A stretch of 64,000 nucleotides of DNA from Schizochytrium sp. TIO01 (Eukaryota; Protista; Bigyra: Labyrinthulomycetes), in NCBI GenBank assembly GCA_004764695.1, contig SMSO01000032.1:4992483-5056482 (forward strand), given 5' to 3'. Below, piece by piece: positions 32,174-44,924 of the stretch. The notes below the pieces were generated by a model. The model did no database searches. It saw only the letters and a program-made list of their open reading frames with translations, and was not told the DNA's origin. The position numbers and the translations under genes are program-made. The stretch's first letter is position 1. Every line of letters starts with the position of its first letter.

Positions 32174-35100
32174 GTCTCGATCGAAGCATTATTAGGTCCC
32201 AAAATATTAAATGAATGCGCCGCACAGTCGAAGCCGAACGTGCTACGCTGCAGAGAGGGTATGCTTTCAGAGCACAAAGATCGAATTCGAGGGAAGCGAG
32301 CGGAGAAGCCTCGGGGCGACTGCTGCGGTACCCAGACCCAAGGCGGGCCCGCTCTAGCGCCTACCAGCCGAGCGCAGGCCAGCGAAGCAGCGATCTTGCG
32401 CCGCAAACTCGCATTCTCATCAGCAAGCACCCAGGGTTACTTTTTTAGTTTTCATACTTTTAAATATTAAAATTAAATTAAGATGATTTTAATTCTAAAA
32501 AAAAGAAAAGTAAAGTATAATCTATTTATAAATAAGACTTTGATTGAGAACACAATTGCCACGTGAAGCAGTAAGCACGAAGGATACGTTCATTCCCATA
32601 CGAAACGAAACCACTCTGTGGTCTGCGATGATGAATGCCCTTGCGAGAGCATAGTATGCACCCGTGCACAACGGGCCGAAACCTCGCTTTCGAGCAGGCT
32701 GGAATCGATCTAGCGCGGTCGAGAGCTCTGCGACGAACGAACTGCGGGTGCAAGCGTTACGAAGGCAGAAACAGACTCATAATCACATAAGCACATAAAC
32801 ACACAAACTCATATACTCATAAACTCATAAACTCATGAACACGGACAGAGACAGAGACAGAGATGGAGAGAGACAGAAATCTTCTGCTTCGAGGTGCCGG
32901 AGAGGAAGCTGCAGCTTAAAGCCAGCAGAGCAGCCAGCTTCTCGGTCACACAGGCACAAGGAGTTGCGGTATGTGGGCAGGCAGAGCGAAGGCGGGAAGC
33001 GGCTAGCCAGCGGCAGCCCGCGAAAGCCGCCAAGAGAAGCTGCAGCTTCGTGATTCGCCTGCGGGGCCCCTCCCGCTCTCGAGGCGACGCCCCTCAAACA
33101 AACAGACAGACCCAAAGCCCAACAAAGACCCCGCCCTCTTCGGGCATTCTGCTCTCACGCCGCGGCCACCGACCTTTTGGGGACCTGGCTGGAGTCAGGA
33201 ATGCACCCCTGTAAGCCTGGATGCGCATCCGAACTTCGAAATTGGCGCCTCGCACGCCAACCTCGATACCGTTTTGAAGAGCGACGTCCTCGCCTGCTGA
33301 CTTCTGCTACGACGAGGCAGCTGCCTCGCTGGAAGAGTGCCCCCCGCCCTGCCCAGGGGATGGTGATAGCTGGCTGCGATCAAGAGTCGCGAGAGAAAGA
33401 GAGTCGTGTTGGCATTACGGGCGAGGAGGCCAAATGTGCTTACGCGAAAGCAGGCATTTGCGAGAGACCTTGACGATTATGAGGACTTACAACCTGCACA
33501 GGGAGTGCCTCGATAGCAAGAAGGCGGGATCTACAAGTCAATCAATCAAAGTCGTTGAGTGCATACGCATTTCGACCTGAATGTTTGCCCTTGATCTATC
33601 TTTATCTTGAAGCGGTGGTCCTCGCTCGGCACTGAGGTCTTTATCGCCGCCATCGCCCTCATCAGGAGACCGGTGGTAGCTAAGAAACTACACCGACCAT
33701 TCCGAATGCGCTTAATTTGGATAACCGAGCAGCAGTAGGCATACACGCGACCAACGCTTCTGCAGTTGCCTTCTGAAGGCCCAGCTTGAAAGCAAGAAAC
33801 CTGCAAGAAACCTGCGCGTGAGCAGCAGCACGCATCTACGCACGAGTCCTTTGTTCGCGCGGTTCTACTGAGCTCACGAATTGTCTTTTATAGACCTACC
33901 ATAGTCTCCGTCTCTCTGTAAGGAGCGACAAAGCTGCCGCGGCGGGAAACGGAAACCTAGCGAGCGAGAAAAACCAAAAAACAAGAAAACTTTTGGCTAC
34001 CGGAGACACCAATAATCAGCGTGATGCCTTCACGCCCTCGTCCAGCGAAAGATGTTTCAGTCGTACCCGCGTAAGAATGAGCGCAAGCAAAGTGCAGCCT
34101 GCCTTCCGAGGTATAGCAGCGTGGCGAATCATTTACAATTAGGTGCGTGCGTATGCATGAATGGCTTTACTCACGATTGTCCTTATTTACCCATACACAC
34201 GATAAATGAACGAAAGCGTTTACTTTCTTATTTCAAGTTGCTCATTCATTTCACCAAGACGTCTATGATGTAAGAAAGTCTATTTGTCCCTATTGAATGA
34301 ATAAATAAAAAGAATTAAAAACTAAAAAATGATTGAATAACCATGATAAAACAGCTTCAGACATCAAGTCAAGGGGTGGCAACGGAAGGAGAGCCAATGG
34401 GCAGGGCAAATCAAGCAAACAGGGAGATCTGAGAGAAGGCAGTGCGGTGACGGGTGGTCTCCAGACTTCGGCAGTCTCCTCTTAGACGCCGATCTATTTG
34501 CTGCAGACACACAGACAGACAGATATAGGAGAGAGAGCCATGATTTACTCGTTACTCAAACAGCCATAGACGATAGGTAGCTATAGCTACAGCGAACTAA
34601 GCCGGGCGCTATGCGAGTAGGAGTCGCATACAGGCTTGTAGGATCAGCTTCGTCTCTTTTCTTTTCCCATGCATGCATGCATGGATGGATAAAAGGATGC
34701 CCCTTTCTGGCTCTTCCCTCGACTCGTGAGAGCAATAGAATTTTAGTGCGCGGGAGAGGAAAGCGACGGTGCTCTCTCGCCATTGTTACTGCAGTCGGCT
34801 AGCGGAGCCACGCCGTCGGCAGCGCCTCTGTACGTTAAACCTTATTTATTCATTTTCTTCTCTCGAATCGTGGTTTTTGTTCAAGTTTTTTTTTTTTTTT
34901 TTAAATAATTTTTAAATAATAATTTTTATTTTAATCCTTTAAACCAATAGGTATTTTCTTCAAATCTATGCTTATCTGCCTACCAGTCAGATAGTAGCGG
35001 GTAGCAAGCGAGGCAAGTTTCTTTCTTTTGTGTCCTGCTCAATCTGGACGGGACAGGACAGGACTGCGCAACACAAGTCAGAGAGCACAGGACACCCAGA

Positions 35101-35519
35101 AGAGCGACCATTTCAATGGCCTCCCAGCCGAGAGATCCTCGCGCTGATCAACACGTAGATAGAGAGGTAGGTAGATAAGTGGCTGCCCGGCCAGCTGAGC
35201 TGAGCTGCTCCAAGCGATGGAGGAGGGAGCGAATGGAAATGCGATTGAGTTAGGAAAAGAACTCCACGGAGAAATAAGAGGAAAACATGTTTTCTAGCTT
35301 CGGAGGTTAGCCTTGGTTAGATAACTGGTACGTAGCAGTATCTGTTATCGAGGATTTATCTGTTATCTGTTTTCTGTTTTTCTTTTTTTCTTTTTTGGAT
35401 TATAAATAAACTTATAGATTATGTGCTGATCCTCATAAAATAAACATTCCGGCTGGAGGTAAGTTTGGGTCGGGAAATAGGTCTTTAGTCAAAGCTATAT
35501 AAGGTAAACATACCATGTG

Positions 35520-36294
<775 letters not shown>

Positions 36295-37040
36295 CATGTG
36301 TCTGCTTCGCCCGTCTTGTATCGCGGCCGACTGCTCGTGCGGAAGAAAGGCTGCATGAGAGGAAGCGACAGAGTTTACGACTCCTCACTACTATTACTAC
36401 TACTGCTACTACCTGCACCACCACATAGGTCCATGCAGGACTTGGAGCAGAGAGAGAACAAAGAAAGAATAAAAGACAGAGAAAGGCTAGTCTTGCGAGT
36501 ACATGGCGAACGGCGTATCAAAGGCTGTCCCCCCTGTGAGGGGGTAATTCCTTGTGAGGAGAGCTGCCAAAAACAAGCTGGATAGCTTTGAGAGTTTTCA
36601 GCAGCCACACTCACGTAAAGCTATCTAGAGAGGGGACACTCATGTGAGCTGTTCGGCGCAGCTATTCAAGCGCTGATCCCCGCAGCTCAGCAATTGGCAA
36701 GCTCTCCCCTCCCGCAGAGTCGCATTAAGGATACCTGTATGTGGGTAATCAACCTAGTTACTTTGAACTCGGCAAAGCTAGCTAGCTTTCCAATACCTCA
36801 GTGGAGCCTCCTCTGCAGGCAGCGTCCCCTGGAAGCACGCAGGCACTCGCCCTCACCCACAGCGCCTCCAGCCAAAAGCCTTCTGGTTCTGGCTCTACTT
36901 CCAAACAAAAGCAATCTAGCTTCCTCGCAGCTTTTTTACAGCTTCTTCTCCAGCTCTGTGGCTGGCCAGTTAGCTCTCCTCTCCCCGCAGACTTGCAGAC
37001 TTGGCCGCTGCCGCCGCTCCCTCCCTCCCTCCCTCCCTTG

Positions 37041-37072
<32 letters not shown>

Positions 37073-37900
37073 CCAGGGCACCGGTGGCCCAGAGCCGCCG
37101 TCCGTCGACTCCAGCTGAGCAGCTCTTGCTCGAGCCCCTCCGCTGCGGTGGCCGACCGCCCATCCTCCAAGCCAGCCTCAAAAGGGCGTCCGCGGAGGCA
37201 GTTTTACATATAGCCTGGTTCGTGACCCCTCTGAGGCCTATTCTCACGGCTTTACCAGCTACGTTGGACTTTCTTTCTTTCTTTCTTTCTTCGCCACTTA
37301 TTATTGATTTTCATTGACCTTCTTTAATAAACTAATTTTACTTCACTTCACTTTACTTTACTTTACGTGCTTCTATGCCCACCTAGGCACCCACTGAGCG
37401 ATGGCTCAAGATATGATCTGTTTAGTACTTTTAGCAGCAGAGAGAAAGAAAGGAGAAAGAAAGGAGAAAGGAAAGAAAGAAAGAAAGTCGATAGGGGGAG
37501 ATATCGATCTATTTTTTAATTTAAAATAAAATGAAGCAATAGTGAATGGAATGGAGCGGAATAAATGGACCATTGATAGGCGACAGGACAAGCAGAGAAA
37601 GCCTCGAGTACATACCCAGATACGTAGATACATACATACCTACCCAGCACAGCATGCGCTGACCTTCGAGGATGTGTCGCTGAGCTAGGAACTAACCAAC
37701 CCAAAGACCAGGCGTCTTTTGTGGAGAGCGACTAAGAAGCAAGCAAGCAAGAAGCTAAAGCTATAGCTATAGCTATAGCTATAGCTGTCGGTGAACGCGT
37801 CACTTGCAGGTTTCTTCTTCAAAATACACAAAACAGGAGAAAGAGTGAAAAAGCCGCGGTGCTTTCTTGCCTCTTTTATTAAGTTGAAATATACCGACGA

Positions 37901-38021
37901 TTGACTGACTGACTGACTGAATGAATGAATGAATGAATGAATGAATGAATGAATGAATGAATGAATGAATGAATGATTGATTGATTGATTGATTGATTCT
38001 AATTGATTGATTGCTTGATTG
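37901..38021. repeat. Compound microsatellite (TGAC)n-(TGAA)n-(TGAT)n
   Basis: In-register tetranucleotide blocks that differ by one base. Confidence 0.95.
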
Positions 38022-39028
38022 AACATTGGAGATGACTGTTAATATTCCCACTCGCATGCTATGGTTTGAAGTAGGCGTGAGCCTTATCCGCCGTTTTGGG
38101 GGGATGCAATTATTACTGTGAGGGGAAGTGCAGGAGTACAAAATGCGGCACGCTTTTCCCTGTTCTGTTATTTTCGCGCCCTCTCACGGGAGTATGTCAT
38201 TTGTTATTAATATTTGATTTTAAAACACATTTATATTTATATATATTTGTATGTATGATCTTCTTTTTCTTTTTTCTTTTTTTTTAGATTTCGAATATGT
38301 TTGCTTCTTTTTCTTTGTTTTTATTTAGCAGGAGGTATCATGACCCCGAAGTGAAAAAGCAAGATAATATGTATATATTTTTATAATTAATTTTAAAAAG
38401 CTTTTCTTCTTTAGAAAGAAAAACATTCATTTCAAAACTGGAAGTACCTAGTAGTAAAGTAAACTGAACTAAGCAAAACTAATACAAACTAATATAAAAT
38501 AAAACAAAATAGAATAAACATATCAAACTCTTTAAATTTTATAAAAGAGAAGAAAGAAAGCGTAGAGCAAAGAGGAAAGAGCAGCAGACACGCAGCAGCG
38601 GCAGCGGCGGGCGAGCAAAACGCGGCCAGGCGAGTCCGCGAGAGAAGCTGCAAGGCACCGGTGCAGGCAGGCCGACCAGCGAAACCGGGGCTCTGCAAGC
38701 ACCCCGCTGATAAAAGCGGCCTGGGCAAAACTAAACGCAGCCGCGACATTTCGACCATCATTCAGGTCATTTCATTTCACCTCACCTCATCTCAAAAAGG
38801 GGAAAGCAAAATATCACTCGGACCGTCGCTGCGTAGACGATTACAACAGCACCAGCAAAAGTCCCGACGCAGCACGAGATCCAGATCTTCAGAACGAGCA
38901 TAAAGGCGCCACCAATAGATAGCTTGGAGCGCCAAAACCAACATTTATCTCGTCGAAACCTGCACTTTAACGTGGTGAGAGCCAGGAAACTACACAGCAT
39001 CCGGTAGACTTGGGTTGTTCGAGGCAGC

Positions 39029-39313
39029 ATGGAAGACGACACAAGCCGCCGTGGCCCAGAGAGCGCAGGAGATGTGGAACCTTTAACGCAAGCCCGGGAT
39101 GACGTAGCGGCTGACGAAGCAGGAATGGCTCGCTCTGGCCGCGGATCAAAGGCGCAGCGTAGGCCCGGAGCATCTGAGGAGGAAGAGGAGGCCTCAGGAG
39201 ACAGTGCGGCAGAGCTGGAGAAACAACAGCTCGCTAAAGTGGGCGCATCCAAGTCCAGGAAATTGGGAGACGAACAAAATTATTCTCAAAAGACCTCGTC
39301 TTCTTCTTCTTCG

Positions 39314-39345
<32 letters not shown>

Positions 39346-41248
39346 AACGGCGCCGGAAAACTCAATATCATCTCCATTCTTGAAAAGGAGAGCGTCATCG
39401 AGCATGGAGGCAGAATCAGAACCTAGCGAAGATGCTAAACGCAGGCGTGTGAGCAGTGAAGCCCAATCGCTTTCAAGCCTGCAAGGACCTCTCGGGGCAC
39501 CAATTCTCCAAGGCTTTTTTCAACACACTCAACACATGCTAGCCTTTGTAGATCTCTCGGGACGCATCATTGTAGCGAATGGACGATTTGTAGACAGACT
39601 CGGTCGTGAGAAACTTTTAGATGTTGTAAATCAACATTACTCGGATGTGCTCTCGCCCCAGGCTGTGGAGGTAGTCCATGGGGTCCTGCAGGTCGTACGC
39701 TTTGGAGGTGTCATTAAAAAACGAGAGTTTGTCTTTGTCAAACCCCACGCAGAAAATCTCCGCAAAGATATTGCACTGATTTCGGTGAGGCCCGTTGCAG
39801 AGTCGGATATCGATTTCGTCCTCTCTGTCCAAGCCTTTTCAAATTTCGACCGCGTAACACCGCATAATTCGTTATCTGAAAACCTCCAAGGAGCACATAT
39901 CATATGTACTGACGTAACAAAAGAGTATTTTGCTCGCGAGAAACTCATCACCTCACAGCGAACTGCTGAAGGTGTCAGCAAGGATAAATCCGAAATGATG
40001 TCTACTATCACGCATGAGATCCGTACTCCGCTTGTCTCTGTACTCGGGTTTTCAGAACTTCTGCTGGACACAGATCTTACAGTGAAACAGAAGGAACTTG
40101 TTCAGCGTATTACCCGCTCTGGCGACGTTTTACTTAAACTCCTGAACAACTTTCTTGATCTCGCCAAGGTTGAAGCCGATGCTCTCGACCTAGAGACTGT
40201 GGAATTCAAGACTCTCAGCGTTCTGCAGAGCGTTCATGAACTTATGAGTGGCCGAGCTTTTCAAAAAAAGATCTCCTGGGAACTTGAAGTCTCAGAGAAC
40301 GTCCCCATTTGCGCTGTTGGAGACCAGGCCCGCCTCACGCAAATACTCATTAACCTTGTCAGCAATGCCATCAAATTCACCAGCAAAAATGGCTTGATCA
40401 GACTACGCGTTGAGGGCGATGCAGAGTTGTTGCCCCAAATTATCGGTGGTTTGCCACACCGCATGGTTTCCTTTCACGTCTCTGACACCGGTGTCGGTAT
40501 CTCTCCGGACAAACAAAATCAAATCTTTATGCCTTTCCAGCAGGCGGAAAGCTCTACGTCACGGAAGTATGGTGGGACAGGCCTTGGCCTACCACTTAGT
40601 CAGCGCCTCGCGGCACTTTTTGGGGGCACTGTGGATGTAGAATCCGTTGTTGGTAAGGGAAGCTGTTTTACACTAAAAATCCCTCTTGCGATTCCTGAAG
40701 GCACCGGGGTACTCGAGAAATCTACATACGAAAATGAAGCAGCCTCACTTATGGAGTCATCCAGCATCGATAGTAAATCCGATGGATCATCAACTGCTTC
40801 CAAACGTAAGGCAGCTTTGCCTGTCATTACTCATGGACTTGCGGCTCGTGGATTGCGTGTCTTAATTGTTGAAGACGCTATCGTCAACCAACTCATCTTC
40901 AAAACCTTCCTTGAGGCAGCCTCGATCAAGGTTGATGTGGCTTCCGATGGAATTGAGGCTGTTGAGCTTTTCAAGTCTCGCCCTTCTGACGCACTCTATG
41001 ACTTGATTCTCATGGACTTGCAGATGCCACGCCTTGATGGGTATGGTGCCACAAAACAAATTCGCGCCCTCGAGAAAAAACTGAAAATGTCTAGGACGCC
41101 GATTATTGCGCTAACAGCTTTTTCTGCCGGAAAGGAACTTAATCGTTGTCTTACTTCAGGATGTGATAACTATATTATCAAGCCTGTTAAGCGAAATGAC
41201 CTATTCCTCACCATTTGCGCAACCTTGAACCTTAGTGAAACACCTTGA
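39029..41248 (+). CDS. Cytoplasmic hybrid sensor histidine kinase (PAS - HisKA - HATPase - receiver)
   Basis: PAS-like segment ending TDVT; H-box THEIRTPL; N-box QILINLVSNAIKFT; G1 DTGVGI; F-box FMPFQQ; G2 GGTGLGL; receiver IVED...LMDLQMPRLDG...KPV. No TM segment. Confidence 0.97.
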
Positions 41249-41998
41249 TAGCATTGGACCTTGCATATATATAGGGTAGTTCAATGGCACTGGCCATGTT
41301 TCACGTGCACAGAAGTTAAGGAATCTGGTATTTTTCGGCACATTTTCTTTGTCGAGCACAGTTTCTTCTGCTCGTTGGGTTTGGGAATAACCGGGTCTTC
41401 CATCCATAAGAAATGGATGGAGTCCTTGTCTTTTACTTTGCATTGCTTCATTCGAAAAATACTCTCATGCAAATTTTTATTCCTTTGTCGAGGAGGAGAC
41501 TTTCTCTTACTACACATGATTGGTCGTAGGAACTAGATTTTACCGAGAGCCATGACCTGGGCTTCGAGACAACACTACACTTATACACTATGTCTTGCAA
41601 GCGTCCAGGAACGCGGGGCTCCCACCTTAAGTTTTTGGGACAATCTAGTATGTATGTATTAGAAAGCAACATTTTTGATTGATTGAGATCAAAAGCAGGC
41701 CTGTGCAAGCTTTGTTAATTAGTGGTTTCTCACTTATTTTAAAGCTGCGTGCGTAAGCCCGAGTACATTTTTTCTCTTTCTCTTCTATTTTTATTCTTCT
41801 CATTTGCTCTTGTCTGTCTTGTCCAGCCGTCATTTTCTGTACTTTTCTTTGAAGGAATGCAGTCCCAATATCCCAAGATGTTCACTTGTCTTGTCTACAT
41901 CTTCTTGTTATTGTCTCTGAATAACTAAGTTTTCTCGCTTTTAATCTTGTCTCTCATAAGTCTAAATTGAAGTGGAAGGACAATATCGAATACCTAAT

Positions 41999-42047
41999 AC
42001 CTGCCTACCTACCTACCTACCTACCTACCTACCTACCTACCTACCTA
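41999..42047. repeat. (CCTA)n microsatellite
   Basis: Read directly from the sequence. Confidence 0.9.
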
Positions 42048-42723
42048 GCCAAGTGGTGACTGTTTCGGCCTGAATTTTAGTACCCAAGCAAAGCCTTTAA
42101 CTCATTACTTCCGACTAGTAATAGTACCTAGCCATATCCTTCAATTTAATTACGAGCGACTGCTCTATTCTCCTCGACCGTTGCTTCATATTCTTTTTTG
42201 AATAATAAAATTTTATAAGACTCTTAAATCTTACAATAGAATGCTCTTAGATTGTCTACAAACTATATACATAAAGTGTATGGAAAGGTAAGAGTGGTAT
42301 TAAGTACATTAAGTACTTAGGTGCATATACCTCCTCTGCCGCTACTACTACCACCACGCTAAGCATTACTAAGACACCAACAGGTACACACCGATCCGTT
42401 TGCCTTAGGGTTGCTATGTGTTGCTTTTCAGTCAGAACTAATCCTTCGTCTGTAGTGCGTCTTATGTAAAGGCGAGAAGTCTGAGTTACAATTAATCTAC
42501 TGTTGAATAGCTATGCGTTATATCTAAATAGTATACTTTATGCACGACGGCTTGCTCAAGTTTACTTTTGTACGCCATCGAAAGAGAAGAAGGAAGTCTC
42601 TCACTTCTGTCACTCGGGCAAAGTTACAGCCACTGCGTGCGCGTTGCGTTGCAGGGGCTGGGAAGAACAGGAGTACGCTGTTTTGTAAACCTTGAGACAT
42701 CATAAACTAGTAGAGCGACTACA

Positions 42724-44595
42724 ATGGACGCAGCATGGTTGAAGCAGAATGTGGGAGACGTCCTAACAGCGGCAATGGCAGACTGCGCTAGAAAGCAACC
42801 TGAAGATCCGATCTCGTTTCTTGGCAAGCACCTTCTCAACTATGTCGAGGCAGCTGAAAGACAGCAGAGGGAGGCTGGGCGTGCGGAAGATGGAGCAGAG
42901 CTTGCTAAGAATGAAGAGCAGATCTTGAGCATGCAACGAGCCGAGGATGAGGCTGAAGCATATTCTGCTGCAGCTATTCCTATTGCCATTGCAAAGGCTA
43001 TGAGTGAACTTACAGCTGCAAGAGAAATTGAGTTTGTTGAAGAAATGCACGGCAAAGACTCCTTCTTAAGTGTTGCAGATGAGCTAGAGGCAATGACCAT
43101 GCTAAAGTTCGAAAAGGCGCTCGATTATCTTCGATTCAATGCTAACGTCGAGTCTGCTTACCTTGCCAAACTTACACCGGAGGGTAACCTGGAGTTTGTT
43201 TCTTCTACAAATCCAAGAATTAAAGGGCAGGTTCTCAAGGATATCGTCGATGAGGAAGGTAAATCTACAGTCCTCCCTTTTGCTGTACTTGTCCCTGACC
43301 CCGTTGCCGAGGGAGAAGAAGGAGAGGAGAATCCTGCAGACTCCCCTGACGATCCTGATGCACCTGAATCATCTGAGAAGGGACCTGAGAGCGAGGAACC
43401 CAAAGAAATCAAGCTTCCTAGGTTTATTCATGTTCCCAACATGTTACGAAATGACCAAGTTCCCTTCCTTGGCCGCATCCCTACGTTGGGCTCCTTTGCG
43501 GCCATTCATGTCCCCTTTAGAAGCTCCATGCACAAAGAGGCCATCCCTGAAGACGGCGGCCTAATTGTACCTGAGGCTGCTGCTCCATCAGGAGGCGAAG
43601 ACGCTGATGAAGAGAAAGCTACTAATGAGGGAGATGCCGAAGATGAAGAAGGTACTGCTGCATCCGAAGCTGCTGGCGAGGGCGGTGCTGAGGGTGAAGA
43701 ATTGACCCCACCTCCAACTCCACGCAAGGAATGGCGTGCCAACACCAAGGATGCAGCTTACATTTTGTGCATTGATACCCTCGGTTCCTCCCGATTCGTT
43801 GAGGGAATTCCGCAGGAGAACATTGACTTGGCCCGCAAAATGGCCTACCATCTGGGCGAAATGCTATCCACCATTGAAAACAGTAGCTACCAGGCTGAGA
43901 TGCTGCATCGTGACGCACTAGCGCAAATGAATGAGGCCAACAAGCAGCTTGTCACCGAGCACCTTGCCTCCGCGGAGCAAGAAATTCAGGAAACTCTGGA
44001 CAAGATGAGAGCTGAGGCTAGCCCAGATCCAGTTGCAGAGGGAGAGGGCGAGCCTGCAGCGACTACCGAGCCTATGCTTGAAGAGGAACTCGCGTATAAG
44101 GAATCTTTGTCAAAACTACAAGTTATTCAGAAGACCTTAGCGATTACATCATGGTGGAAGGATAACGTTCGTGCGTATGTTAAGCTTTGCATTGAGCCTG
44201 AAGAACACGTACAGAAAGCTCTTCATGTATTTATGCGAGTCTTCGTTTCTCCATACCGTGCCTCAGCTAGCACGGATGTTTCATGGCATAAACTTAAAAA
44301 GGAGGAGCACGCTGCTTGGTTTAGTATTGTAGAGGAATTTGACCCAAGTGAGCCAGGTTCGGAGGCCTGCTGTGGCTTGGATGCTGCCACTTCACTTGCC
44401 CTTCTGGAGGAGGCTAAAGCTCTCACTTTCGAAGAACCTGCTTGGATCCCTGCTGTTGCAAGAATCGCCGTAACAGCTCTTGAAGCGGTTGTTGCTCGCC
44501 AAGCTCACCTAGACAAGCTCTCAGAACTCGAGGCCCAGCGCCTTGCTGCCGAGGCAGAAGCAGCTGCTGCAGCAGAGGCTGAAGAAGATGCATAA
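42724..44595 (+). CDS. Dpy-30 motif + GAF-like flagellar protein, radial spoke protein 2 (RSP2)-like
   Basis: N-terminal Dpy-30 dimerisation motif (WLKQNVGDVLTAAMADCARKQPEDPISFLGKHLLNYV). FIHVPNMLRNDQVPFLGRIPTLGSFAA and ILCIDTLG resemble the GAF-like core of Chlamydomonas RSP2 as I recall it. Acidic E/A/P-rich inserts. Confidence 0.7.
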   Translation: MDAAWLKQNVGDVLTAAMADCARKQPEDPISFLGKHLLNYVEAAERQQREAGRAEDGAELAKNEEQILSMQRAEDEAEAYSAAAIPIAIAKAMSELTAAREIEFVEEMHGKDSFLSVADELEAMTMLKFEKALDYLRFNANVESAYLAKLTPEGNLEFVSSTNPRIKGQVLKDIVDEEGKSTVLPFAVLVPDPVAEGEEGEENPADSPDDPDAPESSEKGPESEEPKEIKLPRFIHVPNMLRNDQVPFLGRIPTLGSFAAIHVPFRSSMHKEAIPEDGGLIVPEAAAPSGGEDADEEKATNEGDAEDEEGTAASEAAGEGGAEGEELTPPPTPRKEWRANTKDAAYILCIDTLGSSRFVEGIPQENIDLARKMAYHLGEMLSTIENSSYQAEMLHRDALAQMNEANKQLVTEHLASAEQEIQETLDKMRAEASPDPVAEGEGEPAATTEPMLEEELAYKESLSKLQVIQKTLAITSWWKDNVRAYVKLCIEPEEHVQKALHVFMRVFVSPYRASASTDVSWHKLKKEEHAAWFSIVEEFDPSEPGSEACCGLDAATSLALLEEAKALTFEEPAWIPAVARIAVTALEAVVARQAHLDKLSELEAQRLAAEAEAAAAAEAEEDA

Positions 44596-44924
44596 TCAGT
44601 AGTATAAATAGAACTATATTTCTTTAAAACCCCATATGTACAAAGATGCATACATTTGCATACATAACAATCATTTTCTTACAGACTTTTTCGTTAGTCA
44701 TTCATGACTGAAAATGTTGTCCTCCTGTCATACAGTCAGAACAATATTTATGTGCGCTGTCTAGATTTAGCTCAAAATTCGTGCTCTATAAAAGTATTGT
44801 AGAATAAAAAGCAAGATGCATGATAGGTTGATAGGAAGGGAATAGTTCTTTAAAATGTTATGGCAAGGCTTGTCTTCTTAGAATGTCGGAAAAGTACATG
44901 AGGACAGTAAAAGTAAGAAACAGC

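Noticed and set aside
32610-32698. Cluster of four short hairpins including a UUCG loop and an ATGATGA box-C-like word
   Set aside because: Stems are only 3-6 bp, the UUCG loop lacks the C-G closing pair and no D box follows at a suitable distance.
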